A stretch of DNA of 64,000 bases. It comes from a virus. Lineage: Duplodnaviria; Caudoviricetes. Made by a program: the position numbers and the translations under genes. Under the pieces are notes generated by a model. The model was not told the DNA's origin. It did not search any database and saw only the letters and a program-made list of their open reading frames with translations. Positions 38,847 to 49,214 of this stretch are shown piece by piece (the first letter of the stretch is position 1; the number at the start of each line of letters is the position of its first letter). The stretch lies in the IMG/VR virus record IMGVR_UViG_3300028591_000084; one strand, written 5' to 3'.

Positions 38847-39357
38847 TAAGGACAAAAAAATAAGAGAAGCTCTTCTATCTGATATCGAAGGGTGCTCTGA
38901 ATGGTATTGTGATAATGGTACCAAGAAAGAGGGCATTATTGACTGGCTTAAACGGCTAGAATGGAGTGAAGAAGATGATATGAGATTGGAAGAGACGATT
39001 GAATTAGTAGAAGCGAATAAATACCACCAAAGCCGACTAAGTGCTGTCGAACGAAGCGTAAACTGGCTAGAGTCTCTTATCAGTCCTCCACAAAAACAAG
39101 AGTGGAGAAGACCAGGGAAAGGGGATCAAAAGAAGATAAAAGATCTTATTGACCACTTTGAATATAAAAAAGAATTTACAGAGAAAGAGGATTACGAAAT
39201 TCTTCTTTGGCTTAAAGATCTTCTTAATTGGATTTGTTATAAACCTAATAAAGAACAACTTGATGTCTTAAAAGAAGCCGCAGATAATCACCATAACGTT
39301 GATGATTCTGTTTTGTTATATGATCTTTATAAAAACTTAAAGCGTATAAATCTATGA
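38839..39357 (+). CDS. short family D-related protein
   Basis: D.KIRE.L, IDWLK, EWSEED, WLESL, KP..EQL; probable start MTDKD at 38839. Confidence 0.7.
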   Translation: MTDKDKKIREALLSDIEGCSEWYCDNGTKKEGIIDWLKRLEWSEEDDMRLEETIELVEANKYHQSRLSAVERSVNWLESLISPPQKQEWRRPGKGDQKKIKDLIDHFEYKKEFTEKEDYEILLWLKDLLNWICYKPNKEQLDVLKEAADNHHNVDDSVLLYDLYKNLKRINL

Positions 39358-39674
39358 AAAAGAAATTTAGAATTGTTAAGAATGATTTATCTGAAGAAGG
39401 ACAAAAAGCATATCATCCCTATTGGTATCGAATTGAGCAAAGACACAGTATCCTCTTTGGACTGATAAAATGGTGGATATCGCCAGAGTTTGCACCACCG
39501 CACAACTTTGAATTTGTAGATGAAGCTTTGAAGTATATTTTAGATCAATGTCCGAAAGCAATTGTGATCGTCCCTGAAGAAAAAGGAGAATTTATCGGTT
39601 GCGTCTCCTGTAAATTTCAGGATGAATGTAATAGTTCTCAATTTGGACTAGGTTGTGACAGAGGAAAACAATGA
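39354..39674 (+). CDS. hypothetical protein, paralog of 28637 with a Cys-rich tail
   Basis: YRIE.R....WW..P.F..PH.F. Confidence 0.65.
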   Translation: MKKKFRIVKNDLSEEGQKAYHPYWYRIEQRHSILFGLIKWWISPEFAPPHNFEFVDEALKYILDQCPKAIVIVPEEKGEFIGCVSCKFQDECNSSQFGLGCDRGKQ

Positions 39675-40036
39675 CTGATTATATTTCCGAAGCAGAGGCA
39701 TTGTCCGAGATTTATGATGGATTTGAGGAAAATTTTGAACCCTATACGACCGAAGAAAAAATGTATTTTATTCGGTCTAAAAATTTTAGATTTTCCAAAT
39801 CCGACATTGGAAAGTTTGTAATAATACAGACTCCAAGAAGAAATAAAAACGTAATGAAAATACTCTATCTTGTCGATCGTCAAAAATGTAAGACTTTCTG
39901 GTGGTCACATGATTCTAATTTTGCAATGATTTTTAATTGTAGATCTGCTGCTCAGAATCAAGTGAGCAAATACAGATATAATAATGCCAAAATTATGGAA
40001 ATTAAACCCTGGATGATAAAATCTTATGGACAGTAA
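39671..40036 (+). CDS. hypothetical protein
   Basis: ATGA overlap. Confidence 0.6.
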   Translation: MTDYISEAEALSEIYDGFEENFEPYTTEEKMYFIRSKNFRFSKSDIGKFVIIQTPRRNKNVMKILYLVDRQKCKTFWWSHDSNFAMIFNCRSAAQNQVSKYRYNNAKIMEIKPWMIKSYGQ

Positions 40037-40508
40037 AGAAGAAATTATTTATTTTAGTGTTAACAATTGGTTTGAGGGCCAAGACTATCCTCCAACTAAA
40101 AACTTCAAAAGATGGTTAGTAGACGATTCTAACCAAGCTTTTAAAAATGATGAGTGGGCAAAGGAAAATAAGCTGTGTATCTATTATGGCTGTATTGATA
40201 TGAGCTTTAACTATACCATTGCAGCACCACGTTCTTGGGTTGAGAAGAATTGCCCTGAGCTGCTAACGGATGAAGAATACACATATACTCTCTGCTGTCA
40301 TTGGAAGGGCGGAAATGAAGTTAAGGAGTATAAGAAAAAATACTCGGACTTTGTTGACCATCCTGATTCTGATGGTAATATTATATCTCGTTTTGACTGG
40401 CCTTATCCCGAGTATAAAGAGGAGAATTTTGGCTGTCAATATTATGAGGATCCTAACGATTGCTGGGATGATGAAGACGACGCTTCAACACGCACTACGA
40501 CTTTGTAG
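40026..40508 (+). CDS. hypothetical protein
   Basis: array ORF. Confidence 0.65.
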   Translation: MDSKEEIIYFSVNNWFEGQDYPPTKNFKRWLVDDSNQAFKNDEWAKENKLCIYYGCIDMSFNYTIAAPRSWVEKNCPELLTDEEYTYTLCCHWKGGNEVKEYKKKYSDFVDHPDSDGNIISRFDWPYPEYKEENFGCQYYEDPNDCWDDEDDASTRTTTL

Positions 40509-40519
40509 GATTAAGAAGA

Positions 40520-40900
40520 ATGACTATGGCAACAATTAAAGCGTACACAGACTTAGAACAGTCAAAGAAGCTAGCAGAAATATTGCCAATTGAAAGTGCA
40601 GATATGTATTGGTGGTACTCAGGTAGAAGGTACTATATAGAAGCAATTGATGATGGTGATTTCAATGAAAAAGGAGATATTCGTGCTTGGAGTCTTGCCG
40701 CATTAATTGAGATTTTGCCTGAAATTATACATATAAAAGATTGGGAAAATTACATTATTTGCATTGGTAAAGATAGTATATGTTATAAGCGTAAAGAAGA
40801 CGTACTATCACAAACAATTTTACATGAATCACGGGGCACTAATCTCGTTGATGCTTGCTACGAAATGATATTAAAGTTGAATAAACTTAATTTATTATGA
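40520..40900 (+). CDS. family C paralog
   Basis: MATIKAYTDLEQSKKLAEILPIESADM...AWSLAAL...NLVDACYEMI. Confidence 0.8.
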   Translation: MTMATIKAYTDLEQSKKLAEILPIESADMYWWYSGRRYYIEAIDDGDFNEKGDIRAWSLAALIEILPEIIHIKDWENYIICIGKDSICYKRKEDVLSQTILHESRGTNLVDACYEMILKLNKLNLL

Positions 40901-41379
40901 TTATGGAAATAGAAAAATTTATTATCTTACAAGAAATTAAAGTCTCTGCCTCTAGTTTTCTTCATAATTTAAAGATAGGCGATAAAGTAGTTGTTGATCT
41001 TACTAACAATACTTATCGTGAAGCCGTTATAGAGTCTGATCCTTATTCAGCGCCCTCTGGAGCAACATATATAGATGTATCTGTATTTAACAAAATTTTA
41101 TCAACTAATAAAAAACATGCTGTACCTATCTGGGACTTATATCCACTAGGTAGTAAGAAAATAATATATACGGCATATATCTATTCATTAAGTCACAGAG
41201 GACCATATTTTAGTGGAAGAGGCAGTTATGAGTTGGTTTGCGAGGGGAAAACACTTAAAAGAGTACAAGACTGTCTTGGAAGAAGAGACGCTAATGAAAG
41301 ATTGTTGGATAAAGAATTATTAGAAAAGCATGGTATAAATAAAGTAATTTCTAATTCTTCTACAATTTATACTGATTGA
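40897..41379 (+). CDS. hypothetical protein
   Basis: ATGA overlap. Confidence 0.6.
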   Translation: MIMEIEKFIILQEIKVSASSFLHNLKIGDKVVVDLTNNTYREAVIESDPYSAPSGATYIDVSVFNKILSTNKKHAVPIWDLYPLGSKKIIYTAYIYSLSHRGPYFSGRGSYELVCEGKTLKRVQDCLGRRDANERLLDKELLEKHGINKVISNSSTIYTD

Positions 41380-41954
41380 ATATGAAACCAACTAAAGAAG
41401 AACTTGAAAAAATAAAACTTGATGCTACATTAAGTGGCGATATAGAAAAATATGTTTATCTTAGAAAAGATGAAAAAGGTTTCTATATTGAATATGCTTT
41501 TAAACCAGGATCCCCTCATGATAATAGATGTCTGTCATGGTATGATTCTTGTCAAGAAAAAGCATATATTAGAAATGGATGGGTAAAAGACACTACAAAC
41601 GAGAAAGATATTAAATTTCTCGCCGCCATCAAAAGAAATAGAGAGAACAGGGTCGGACAACTCTTCATACTTTCGTCTTTTACCTGTGGTTTTGAAGAAT
41701 ATCCCGAGGAGCGACTTAAGGAAAGTGAAGAAGACTGGAAGAAGTATCATGAGAGTGAACCTTTTATTCCAGAAGATCATATCTGTAAGGTAGGATGTCC
41801 AGCCCCAAAGTGCAGGTCATGCATGTGTGAACATTGGACTTACGAAGAGCCAGTTAAATGTGCGTGTTGGACTTTAAAAGAACCAAATGTTCCCTCTAAG
41901 GTTATGATACCAATTGATTTAGCGATGAAACTCTATGAACAAAATTTATTGTAA
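41376..41954 (+). CDS. hypothetical protein with Cys-rich C-terminus
   Basis: C-x3-C-x4-C-x2-C cluster. Confidence 0.65.
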   Translation: MNMKPTKEELEKIKLDATLSGDIEKYVYLRKDEKGFYIEYAFKPGSPHDNRCLSWYDSCQEKAYIRNGWVKDTTNEKDIKFLAAIKRNRENRVGQLFILSSFTCGFEEYPEERLKESEEDWKKYHESEPFIPEDHICKVGCPAPKCRSCMCEHWTYEEPVKCACWTLKEPNVPSKVMIPIDLAMKLYEQNLL

Positions 41955-42149
41955 TTGTGATACAATATCGAAAATCTGATGGAACTTTAGGAGAGTTTGA
42001 TTCTGATAAACTTCTTGGCATCAGTGTCACAGGACATACTTTTACAATAACTCTTAGACATTATTTTGATGATGAGTGGGATTGGGAAGACGAAGAAATA
42101 ACTGATGTGGTAGAAATTAGAATATAATTATGAAAGAACTTAAATTGTT

Positions 42150-42458
42150 GTGATTATGATATTTATCAATCCTTGGGCATTTTATAGTCCAGATGATATT
42201 CCTGACTTAAATCCTCAAAATGATGATGAAGCAAGAGGGTGTATCTGTGGCGTGTGCGGATTTATAATAGCATCAGCAATTTTTGTATGGCTCATGCATT
42301 TTATATTAAATCTTAGATTAAATGGTATAATAAGTACAGAGGTTCATTTTATATTGATACTTATCAATTGTATAATAGTTTATCCAATTTTGACAATATT
42401 GTTAATGAAACTATCATTTAAGATTGGAGACAAAATTACAACAAACAATAGAAAATAA
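42150..42458 (+). CDS. membrane protein (2 TM)
   Basis: hydrophobic segments. Confidence 0.55.
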   Translation: MIMIFINPWAFYSPDDIPDLNPQNDDEARGCICGVCGFIIASAIFVWLMHFILNLRLNGIISTEVHFILILINCIIVYPILTILLMKLSFKIGDKITTNNRK

Positions 42459-42463
42459 TTATT

Positions 42464-44362
42464 ATGAAAGAACTATCAATAGAACAAAAAGCAAAAGCCT
42501 ATGACGAGGTTGTTGAAAGACTGAAAGATTTTAGATTTGAATATAGATTTTCATCCTTTGGTGATGTTATAGAAGAAAAATTTCCTGAAATCAAAGAATC
42601 CAAGGATGAGAAAATAAGAGAAGAACTATTAAATGCTTTTCAGGAGTCGGAAGATTCTCTTTATATGGTTCTAACTCCGCATAGAAGAGAGTCATTTATT
42701 GCTTGGCTTAAAAAGCAAGGTGAGCAGTCTCAATACTGGAAACCGTCAGAAGAACAATTAGAGGCATTAGATTATGCTTACAATTCGTGTCCTGATACCG
42801 AAAGAGGAAATTATTATGAGGGTGTCTTGGAAACTATAATAGACGATTTACACAAATTGTCAGAAAAACAAGGTGAGCAAAAGCCTGATAAAGTTGAGCC
42901 AAAGTTTAAGGTTGGAAAATGGTATCAATGTACTAAAGACTTCTTTGGTAAAGGTGTTACTTTTGACAAGAACACTGCGTATTATTGTGCAAAAGAAGGG
43001 TGCTTACAAGATGAATATGGGTGCCACATAGCAATCGTTAAAGATTTGTATGATAATTTCAAATTATGGGACATTACCAAAGATGCAAAGGATGGTGATG
43101 TACTTATAGACAAATCTAACGATAGGGAATGTCCATTCATATTCAAAGCAACAAAACCATCTGATATAAAAACAGATATATTGAACCCACTAGCCGTATT
43201 AGGATATTGTGGAATAGGAGGAGCAGGATTTACCACAAGCAGCGGATGGGGAGACACAGCCAATTGTATATACTATCCAGCCACCAAAAAACAGCGTGAT
43301 GCTCTAATAAAAGCAATGGCTGATGCAGGATATACCTTTGACTTTGAAAAGAAAGAACTTAGAAAATTAAAGTTCAGAGTTGGTGACGAAATAAAGACTG
43401 TCAATGAAGAACCACTGACTATTACCAAGATTGACGAAAAAGGCTATTGGTCAGAGGATTTGTTTATCTGTGGCTTTGACAGTGAAGTCATTTGGGATTT
43501 AATTAAGCAGAAAAAAACAGATAAGGTTGAACCAAAGTTTCATGAAGGTGAATGGGTTGTTCAAGGTCACAATATATTAAAAATTCGATACATTGGTGAT
43601 GAATACTATTGTTATGAAACAGTTGGGGGGTATGTAGATAGTATGCTTATTTCTGAAATAAATTCTTTATACCATAAATTCACCATCCAAGATGTGAAGG
43701 AGGGTGACGTCCTTGCAATAGAGCCGATTAAAGGATATCATTCTCCATTTGTTGCTATCTATAAAAAGCGAAATAAAGAAGACTTCGACTCATATTGTTT
43801 TATTGGGTTTGATGGCAAATTTTATAAAGGAGAAAGTGGTCATTCTACAGAAGGAGTTCATCCTGCAACCAAAGAACAGCGTGATACTCTTGAAAAAGCA
43901 ATGACTGACGCTGGCTATAGATGGAACCCAAACGAGAAGAAACTGGAGAAGATTGAGCAGAGACAGGTAATAGATTACCCAGATAGTCTTCCAAAAGATA
44001 ACTGGGAACTTGTTCATGAATTTATTGAGACGTTTGGGAGAATACCAAAAGATGAGGATGAACTAAACGTCCTTGTGGAATATGTCTTAAAGAGGCAGAA
44101 ACCTACTGAGTGGAGTAAAGAGGATGAAAGAATGTATAGAGGATTACATAATTTAATTTATTCTACTCCATATTGTGATTCAAGAAAAGAATTATCTGAT
44201 TGGCTCGAATCCCTTAGATATAAGATAGGATCCCAGAAATATTGGAAACCAAGTGATGAGCAGATGAACACTTTAGAATACTATATGCATACTCTTGTTT
44301 GTGACGAACATAAAGAGATTTTGTTTGGGTTATATGCAGATTTAAAGAAACTAACAGAATAA
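42464..44362 (+). CDS. family D mosaic protein (632 aa)
   Basis: SIEQKAKAYDE, FPEIKES, YWKPSEEQ x2, PKFKVG/KFRVGD/PKFHEG, PATK.QRD.L.KAM.DAGY x2, EWSKEDE. Confidence 0.85.
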   Translation: MKELSIEQKAKAYDEVVERLKDFRFEYRFSSFGDVIEEKFPEIKESKDEKIREELLNAFQESEDSLYMVLTPHRRESFIAWLKKQGEQSQYWKPSEEQLEALDYAYNSCPDTERGNYYEGVLETIIDDLHKLSEKQGEQKPDKVEPKFKVGKWYQCTKDFFGKGVTFDKNTAYYCAKEGCLQDEYGCHIAIVKDLYDNFKLWDITKDAKDGDVLIDKSNDRECPFIFKATKPSDIKTDILNPLAVLGYCGIGGAGFTTSSGWGDTANCIYYPATKKQRDALIKAMADAGYTFDFEKKELRKLKFRVGDEIKTVNEEPLTITKIDEKGYWSEDLFICGFDSEVIWDLIKQKKTDKVEPKFHEGEWVVQGHNILKIRYIGDEYYCYETVGGYVDSMLISEINSLYHKFTIQDVKEGDVLAIEPIKGYHSPFVAIYKKRNKEDFDSYCFIGFDGKFYKGESGHSTEGVHPATKEQRDTLEKAMTDAGYRWNPNEKKLEKIEQRQVIDYPDSLPKDNWELVHEFIETFGRIPKDEDELNVLVEYVLKRQKPTEWSKEDERMYRGLHNLIYSTPYCDSRKELSDWLESLRYKIGSQKYWKPSDEQMNTLEYYMHTLVCDEHKEILFGLYADLKKLTE

Positions 44363-44367
44363 AAGCT

Positions 44368-44586
44368 ATGATACCAATTATTATTATTTACTTACTAGGA
44401 GTTATTGCTACTGTTATTTTATTAATATTTATATTTATTGCAGTAAAATATGACAAAATAACATTACTTGATTTGGCTTTGGGTATTATTATTTCTTTAA
44501 CGTCCTGGTTTGGTTTTATGCTTATTGGCTTTATTGGCTTAATAAGATACGGTGAAGTAGTGATTTATGAGAGGAAAAAGAAGTAA
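44368..44586 (+). CDS. small membrane protein
   Basis: 2 TM. Confidence 0.55.
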   Translation: MIPIIIIYLLGVIATVILLIFIFIAVKYDKITLLDLALGIIISLTSWFGFMLIGFIGLIRYGEVVIYERKKK

Positions 44587-44740
44587 GTCATGACGGTAGG
44601 AACATTAAAACAATTATTAAATGACTTGCCAGATGATAATGCAATAGTTGTTACAGAAGGTAATCGTTATCCAGATTTCAAAATAACCCATATTGAAGAT
44701 TCTACATCTGTTGGAGTATGGGAGATAAGAATAACTAAAT

Positions 44741-45016
44741 TTGAAACAGATAACCCTTGGGAGGAATAGAGTTATGAACGCAAACGAAGCACCAGAGAAA
44801 ATATGGATGACTGATGAATGGGTTCGTCAGTTTGATGATAAAGACTTTATGGGCGAAGATAGTGTAGAGTACACCCGCACTGATGTTTTTATTGAGAAAT
44901 CAGAAAAATACTTAAAAACCCAATTTATTAAGGATGTTTCCGTTTTAGCTGGAGGTGCAGTTCATATTAATTTTGAAATGGCAATTAAAAATTTTATAGA
45001 ATATATGAAAGGATAA
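44741..45016 (+). CDS. hypothetical protein (APEKIW..EYTRTD)
   Basis: array ORF; start probably at the internal MNANEAPEK. Confidence 0.6.
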   Translation: MKQITLGRNRVMNANEAPEKIWMTDEWVRQFDDKDFMGEDSVEYTRTDVFIEKSEKYLKTQFIKDVSVLAGGAVHINFEMAIKNFIEYMKG

Positions 45017-45020
45017 AGCT

Positions 45021-45237
45021 ATGAAAACAGGTAAACTCATAGAAGCCATTATGCAATATAAGCATATAGGGATAGAAGAACTTGCACAAAAAATTGATAT
45101 GGCACAACCTAATTTATCTAGTCTTATTATTGGTAATAGAAAAAATTACAGTGCAACTTGCCAAGAAAATAGGCAAAGTTCTTGATATAGATCCTATAGT
45201 AATTATGCAGAACAGGCTATGTGAAGAAATTAAATAA
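45021..45237 (+). pseudogene. HigA/XRE-like HTH gene with +1 frameshift in an A6 run
   Basis: MKTGKLIEAIMQYKHIGIEELAQKIDMAQPNLSSLIIGNRK/ITVQLAKKIGKVLDIDP...; extra A at 45140-45. Confidence 0.6.
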
Positions 45238-45556
45238 TAGAACTATGAAACAATATATCGACAAATCCAAATTAGTAGCAGAGATAGAGAGATTAATAAG
45301 AAAAAATGAGCTGTATCTTGATGATAATGTGACGGATGCTGTAAGATTTCAAAAGACAGGCGCTTATAGTGTCCTCAATGAAGTTCTCCATTTCCTCGAG
45401 ATCCTTGAAGTGAAAGAGCCAGACTTTGAAAAAGAATTTAGTAGAATATGGTTTGATTTTGGGGAATATTTCAATAATAGTGCTGTTAATTTTGCTCGAA
45501 TAAGATCAATTTGTAAGCACTTCTTTGAACTTGGATTAAAAGCAAAAGGAGAATAA
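45221..45556 (+). CDS. family E-related protein (MKQYIDKS.LVAEIER..LEVKE)
   Basis: AEIE and LEVKE blocks shared with 34882. Confidence 0.7.
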   Translation: MKKLNNRTMKQYIDKSKLVAEIERLIRKNELYLDDNVTDAVRFQKTGAYSVLNEVLHFLEILEVKEPDFEKEFSRIWFDFGEYFNNSAVNFARIRSICKHFFELGLKAKGE

Positions 45557-45559
45557 TTT

Positions 45560-46018
45560 ATGGAATACATAGATAAAAATTTAGTATTTGAAATAGTAAA
45601 AAGAGTATTTAATCTTCTGATTGAAGAAGATAAGGTTAAATCATTACTACCTAAAATAAGTAATGATACACCTGTAATTTATGAAGGATTTATGCATGAT
45701 CTTTCTGATTTGTATAAATTCGTTAATAACGAATATAAAGATAAGATTGTTAATGTAGTATTAGACAATATCGCATTAGATAATCTTATTAAAATAAAAG
45801 AGATAGATTTGGAGAAAGAAAAAGTAGAAAATATAAAAAAGCAATGTCCATTTAGAGAGGTTGTATGTAGCAAATATCAAGACCATCCGCTTAAATGTAG
45901 TGGTGCTTGTGCATTTGTTTCTGACAGAATAACTTCAGAAAAGAAACATCTACATAACATACAGAATGTTCCTGTTGATGAAGAAAGACTTAAAATGGAT
46001 AGAAGAAATACAGTATGA
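45560..46018 (+). CDS. hypothetical protein
   Basis: MEYIDK start similar to the previous gene. Confidence 0.6.
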   Translation: MEYIDKNLVFEIVKRVFNLLIEEDKVKSLLPKISNDTPVIYEGFMHDLSDLYKFVNNEYKDKIVNVVLDNIALDNLIKIKEIDLEKEKVENIKKQCPFREVVCSKYQDHPLKCSGACAFVSDRITSEKKHLHNIQNVPVDEERLKMDRRNTV

Positions 46019-46815
46019 CAGACAAAGAGAAAATCCGTAAAGAGATTGTAAAACTACAGAAGAAGCTTAGTTTTGGTTCGGATATAGATGATGCTTGTAT
46101 CTTAGAACTGCAAAACGTACTAACTTATATAGATTCCTTGCAAGAAGAGTCCAAATTCAAAGTAGGACAATATCTAAAGCAAGGTGACACCATAGTAAGG
46201 ATACTTGAAGTTTCAGATGATGGCTATCATTGTGACAGTGCCTTTATTCCATTCTCCGCACAAAACCAATGGAAGCTTGTAGAAAAACCCATAAGCGAGT
46301 TCCCGAACACAGAATCAATGATTGAATCATACAGACAAAGGTTAATATCACAAGTTAACGGTATGAAGAATAGCCCTCTTATTGATATGTGTTTAACTTC
46401 TTATAAGCACGGAATCAATGAAACACTCGACACACTAAATCTTTCCAATGTTAAAAGAACTGTAAAGAATTGTAAAGATCCTGTAAGCAAGGGAAGAGAT
46501 ATTTTTGATAATTGTCTAAAGAGTGAGGAGAAATTTATTTTGCCACAAAAGATAAGTGGTAATATAAATCGTGAAAACTGTCTATATAGTAGTGCTTGTG
46601 CTCTTGGAGATATTCAAGCATGTATTATAGATAAGCCTGTAAGCGAGGACTTGGAAGAAGCAAGTAAGAAGTGGCTTATACCGAAACTCGATAAGTCCTA
46701 TACCATCTATGGAGAGGAAAAGATGATGGAGCTAACACGCTTTGACGGATATGCTATGTTAGATGCTATTGTGTTCGGTGCTAATTGGCAGAAACAGCAA
46801 GATGCAAAATATTAG
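46015..46815 (+). CDS. mosaic protein (MTDKEKIR.EI, IDSLQEE, KFKVG, P(V/I)S(E) repeats, GANWQKQQ)
   Basis: modules shared with 46849 and 49693. Confidence 0.7.
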   Translation: MTDKEKIRKEIVKLQKKLSFGSDIDDACILELQNVLTYIDSLQEESKFKVGQYLKQGDTIVRILEVSDDGYHCDSAFIPFSAQNQWKLVEKPISEFPNTESMIESYRQRLISQVNGMKNSPLIDMCLTSYKHGINETLDTLNLSNVKRTVKNCKDPVSKGRDIFDNCLKSEEKFILPQKISGNINRENCLYSSACALGDIQACIIDKPVSEDLEEASKKWLIPKLDKSYTIYGEEKMMELTRFDGYAMLDAIVFGANWQKQQDAKY

Positions 46816-46848
46816 ATTCTTTTCTCAATACTTTTAAAATGATGCAGT

Positions 46849-47251
46849 ATGGAAAAATTAAGATGTAAATGCGTTAAAGGCTTAGATGGTTTTACATGGG
46901 GAGAAATCTATGACGTAGAGTTTGCTGGAAGAGTGTGGTGGGCAGTGAATGATGATGGTAAAAGAGTTTCTGGAGCAAGCGAGTCCTTTGATCCGATAGA
47001 AGAACCTATAAGCGATGACTTAGAGAAAGCATGTTGGAAAGCCCGTGAAAAATATGATGCCAAAATTCCATTTAGCAAATACATGTTCAAGGCTGGCGCT
47101 AAATGGCAGAAAGAAAAAAAAAATGATGTCAAAGGCTATTGATGCTACGTGCTTTGGTTTCCAAGATGCTGCGTTGTTTTCTTTCAGATTACCAGCGGGT
47201 AGCTATCTTGTAGGCTCAAAAGTAAAAGTAATTATTATTAAGGAGGACTAA
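46849..47251 (+). pseudogene. probably one gene split by a frameshift in an A10 run (ORFs 46849..47142 and 47045..47251)
   Basis: ...GAKWQKEK|MMSKAIDA...KVKVIIIKED joins in frame if the A10 at 47114-23 is A9. Confidence 0.5.
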
Positions 47252-47253
47252 TT

Positions 47254-47505
47254 ATGAGTAGGGCAGAAAATTTTATACAAGAGAACACAAAAGACTGTAG
47301 TAATATTTTTGAAGGCTATTACCCAAATGGAAAGCAAGCTTATTTTCCTTGGATCCATCCAAAACAAGCAAGAAAGGCTGTGGAGATTGCAAGGGAAGAA
47401 GTCTATGAGTGGTTAAAAAATAATATTTACATGTATAATGGTGAATGTGAAGGTGATAGAAAAGCAATTATAGAAGATTTAAAACAAGCAATGAAGGATG
47501 AATAA
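47254..47505 (+). CDS. family F paralog
   Basis: RAE.FI.ENT...PW..P.QA..A..IA.EE. Confidence 0.7.
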   Translation: MSRAENFIQENTKDCSNIFEGYYPNGKQAYFPWIHPKQARKAVEIAREEVYEWLKNNIYMYNGECEGDRKAIIEDLKQAMKDE

Positions 47506-48055
47506 GGCAGAAGAATATATCAATAAGAACACAAGGAATGATAGCAATATAGCTTTTGATGCAAGTTTTGGTTATATTCCTTGGCTAACCCCAGATCAAG
47601 CAGAAGCTGCCGCCAAAATAGCCGTTGAGGAATATAAAGAGAGGATTTATCAAGAGGTACAAGATTTTACTGACTCTTATCACAAGGATCCTACAGATAA
47701 ACTTGCTGAGTCAATATCTAAACTTATAAAAAGTCTAGGATATGTTAGGGAAAATAATCCTACGCAAAATAGAAAAATGAAAGTAAAAGTAAAAGAGACG
47801 GGTGAAATTATTGATGTCAAGAGGCTCTGTCCTGTGATTTATTCAAGACTAGATTGTAATGGTAAAATAGCAGAAGAATATGATGAGGATGAACTTGAGT
47901 TTATTCAGCCAGAAAAGAAAAAAGTTCTTCTAGATGATGTCTATGGGTGGATGTCAGATAATCTTTCGAAGTATGTAGAAACAGATAGAGGAATTTATGC
48001 AGGGATTAATTTAGAAAAACTTAATAAAGATCTACATAAATTTTTTGAAAAATGA
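47498..48055 (+). CDS. family F paralog fused to a KVK.TGEI.DV module
   Basis: N-terminus like 47254; internal MKVKVKETGEIIDV like 56653. Confidence 0.7.
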   Translation: MNKAEEYINKNTRNDSNIAFDASFGYIPWLTPDQAEAAAKIAVEEYKERIYQEVQDFTDSYHKDPTDKLAESISKLIKSLGYVRENNPTQNRKMKVKVKETGEIIDVKRLCPVIYSRLDCNGKIAEEYDEDELEFIQPEKKKVLLDDVYGWMSDNLSKYVETDRGIYAGINLEKLNKDLHKFFEK

Positions 48056-48234
48056 AAGTAATATGTTTAGTTAACATTGCACTTAATATTATCACTATCT
48101 GCCTCTGTATTATAGGCATAATTAAGGGGTGGAAAGTAGATAGCTGGGTCTTACTGCTCTGGGTAATTAATGTTACCTATAGAAGTATTCGTGATTATCA
48201 AAAACTAAACTCAACTGATCTGGACAATAAATGA
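48052..48234 (+). CDS. small membrane protein
   Basis: ATGA overlaps on both sides. Confidence 0.55.
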   Translation: MKVICLVNIALNIITICLCIIGIIKGWKVDSWVLLLWVINVTYRSIRDYQKLNSTDLDNK

Positions 48235-48461
48235 TTACAAGTACTTATTTTTTCAATATTAGAACAGGAGAGTTGATTAAAACCATTAGAGGTGCAGTAG
48301 AAAATCTTGCGGAGGGGCAAACAATTTCTCTAATAAGTTCAAAAGTGAAAGACTCTAAGCAAATACGCTATCGTATTGCTGGGATCTTTACAACAATTGA
48401 TAAGGATACAGACGCTGTTAACCAATATATTAGACTGGAACGTATGGGATTTTCAGACTAA
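48231..48461 (+). CDS. hypothetical protein
   Basis: ATGA overlap. Confidence 0.55.
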   Translation: MITSTYFFNIRTGELIKTIRGAVENLAEGQTISLISSKVKDSKQIRYRIAGIFTTIDKDTDAVNQYIRLERMGFSD

Positions 48462-48480
48462 TAATAGAAATGTTAAGACT

Positions 48481-48867
48481 ATGACACAAGAAGGAAAAGA
48501 AAAAGAATTATTGCTTCAAGACCTTTGTGCGAAGTTGTATTATAAAGTTAAGGTGCAATACAAAGGCGCTATTAAAGAAGTGCAATATATAGAGCCTGAA
48601 TTTGATGAATTATGTTTTATATATCCAGATAATTCTTTTACTGTACCGGTTGCTGATTGTAAACCCTATCTCCGTCCTTTGTCTTCAATGACTAAGGAAG
48701 AGATTAATGAGTTTGAGCAAATAACCGACAATCTTCTTGATAATGGAACATCTGAAGAAATATGGAATACGGTAATTGACTGGCTTAATGCCCATCATTT
48801 TGACCATAGAGGTTTAATTGGGAAAGGTTTAGCAATTGAAGCACCGAATGATATGTATAAAACATGA
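48481..48867 (+). CDS. family A paralog
   Basis: MTQEG..ELLLQDLCA, KPYLRPLSSMT, DWLNAHHFD.RGLI.KGLAIEAP..MY. Confidence 0.8.
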   Translation: MTQEGKEKELLLQDLCAKLYYKVKVQYKGAIKEVQYIEPEFDELCFIYPDNSFTVPVADCKPYLRPLSSMTKEEINEFEQITDNLLDNGTSEEIWNTVIDWLNAHHFDHRGLIGKGLAIEAPNDMYKT

Positions 48868-49214
48868 AAAAGTTTAAAGATATTAAAATCGGTGATACAG
48901 TATATGTATACGGCAACCTAGAACCAGTACAAAAATTTACAGTGACATATATCGAGGATTTTGATATTAATAACCCACAAAATTTATATAGTATTGGTTA
49001 TGATAATTTTGGTTCCAATCCAAAATCATATCAAGATTCTATACAATCGAGTTGTAGATTAAACGATACATGTAGTACTTTTGGTTGTTATGCCGCAACT
49101 GTATATTTTAATCAAGAAGATGTTATAAATCGTTTCAACAAAGATATCAAAACTTTAGAACGTTATAAACAAGACTTCATTGATAAAACAAAGAATCATG
49201 ACACAGGAAGATAG
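48864..49214 (+). CDS. hypothetical protein
   Basis: ATGA overlap; IKIGDTVY. Confidence 0.6.
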   Translation: MKKFKDIKIGDTVYVYGNLEPVQKFTVTYIEDFDINNPQNLYSIGYDNFGSNPKSYQDSIQSSCRLNDTCSTFGCYAATVYFNQEDVINRFNKDIKTLERYKQDFIDKTKNHDTGR

